Part shown: one piece after another, positions 63,738 to 64,000 of the stretch
How the letters are laid out: each line of letters opens with the position of its first letter
Numbering within the stretch: position 1 is the first letter of the stretch
NCBI GenBank assembly: GCA_011364965.1
Contig: RDOB01000003.1
Span: 408,524-472,523 of the forward strand
Origin: Candidatus Heimdallarchaeota archaeon
GTDB lineage: Archaea; Asgardarchaeota; Heimdallarchaeia; Hodarchaeales; Hodarchaeaceae
DNA: 64,000 nucleotides
Reading direction: 5' to 3'
The notes under the pieces: model-generated
The model's input: the letters and a program-made list of their open reading frames with translations, nothing else
The model's database searches: none
Told to the model about the DNA's origin: nothing
Translations under genes and position numbers: made by a program

Positions 63738-64000
63738 TTATTTTTTCTTATTGTGGGCTTTCTTGGTTAATCTTTTTTGTTCACGGAGATAATACAATCC
63801 TCCCAATAGAAAAAGAATACTGATTGAAAAGATAACTGCTGTACTCAAGTTAAAGTCTAGCGAAACAAAATCACTTGCATCATTAATAACATTTCCGTTA
63901 AAAATTCTTTGAATAGTTACTAATTTGGTATTATACCCTGAAATCCAGTCAGTTGAACTAACCAAATCAGCTTGTAAGAGAAAGCCTGTTACTGGATCGA
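63738..64000 (-). CDS. C-terminal end of a larger (probably secreted) protein, TM anchor + Lys-rich tail; 5' part outside the window
   Basis: The track ORF starts at a TTG (63963-65), but the frame stays open to nt 64000 (..DPVTGFLLQADLVSSTDW..). The protein ends in AVIFSISILFLLGGLYYLREQKRLTKKAHNKKK. Confidence 0.5.
   Translation of the reverse strand, partial: DPVTGFLLQADLVSSTDWISGYNTKLVTIQRIFNGNVINDASDFVSLDFNLSTAVIFSISILFLLGGLYYLREQKRLTKKAHNKKK

Overview
The window is 64 kb, visibly AT-rich and very gene-dense, with about 58 protein genes on both strands. The longest non-coding gap is about 0.6 kb. I found no rRNA, tRNA, CRISPR array, transposase, integrase or long direct or terminal repeats. 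Several hallmarks point to an archaeal chromosome, though the taxon cannot be fixed from sequence alone. These are three small TrmB-like wHTH proteins, a Csa3/CARF-like regulator, A/T-rich TATA-like boxes, GAGGTGAT-type Shine-Dalgarno sites with stop/start coupling inside operons, and surface proteins ending in a TM helix plus a basic tail. Content from left to right: (1) the 3' part of a DUF1156-type N6-adenine DNA methyltransferase; (2) two paralogous tldD-pmbA protease operons bracketing a 3.4-kb block of ORFans, namely a 546-aa protein with a restriction-modification TRD-like C-terminus and a three-gene operon of helical proteins, two of which share a PR(D/H) motif; (3) a BRCT-domain protein, an SCP2/M24-peptidase pair and a beta-carbonic anhydrase; (4) a receiver-domain PEP/pyruvate-binding protein and a GAF-4xPAS kinase-like sensor flanking gdhA; (5) a four-gene sugar operon (saccharopine-dehydrogenase-like, FGGY kinase, GH4, HAD); (6) a PNPOx-family pair; (7) a P1B ATPase, a Cys-rich miniprotein and an FTR1 permease; (8) a radical SAM protein, GNATs, an IMPase and an SDR; (9) a 745-aa polytopic membrane protein; (10) a transglutaminase-like protein divergent from the Csa3-like regulator, with GC-rich repeats in the shared promoter; (11) GH31, a secreted metallophosphoesterase and an MFS transporter; (12) VIT1 divergent from a P2-type ATPase that carries two C-terminal CDF-type cytoplasmic domains, with a perfect 20-bp palindrome between them; (13) a flavin reductase, a four-repeat protein and an APH-type kinase. 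The best candidates for something undescribed are: (i) the ORFan block at 4.9-7.8 kb between the duplicated TldD/E operons; (ii) the ATPase-CDF-domain fusion with its palindromic operator; (iii) the orphan Csa3-like module; (iv) the triplet of small wHTH paralogs. All functional calls rest on motif recognition by eye. No database search or structure prediction was possible.
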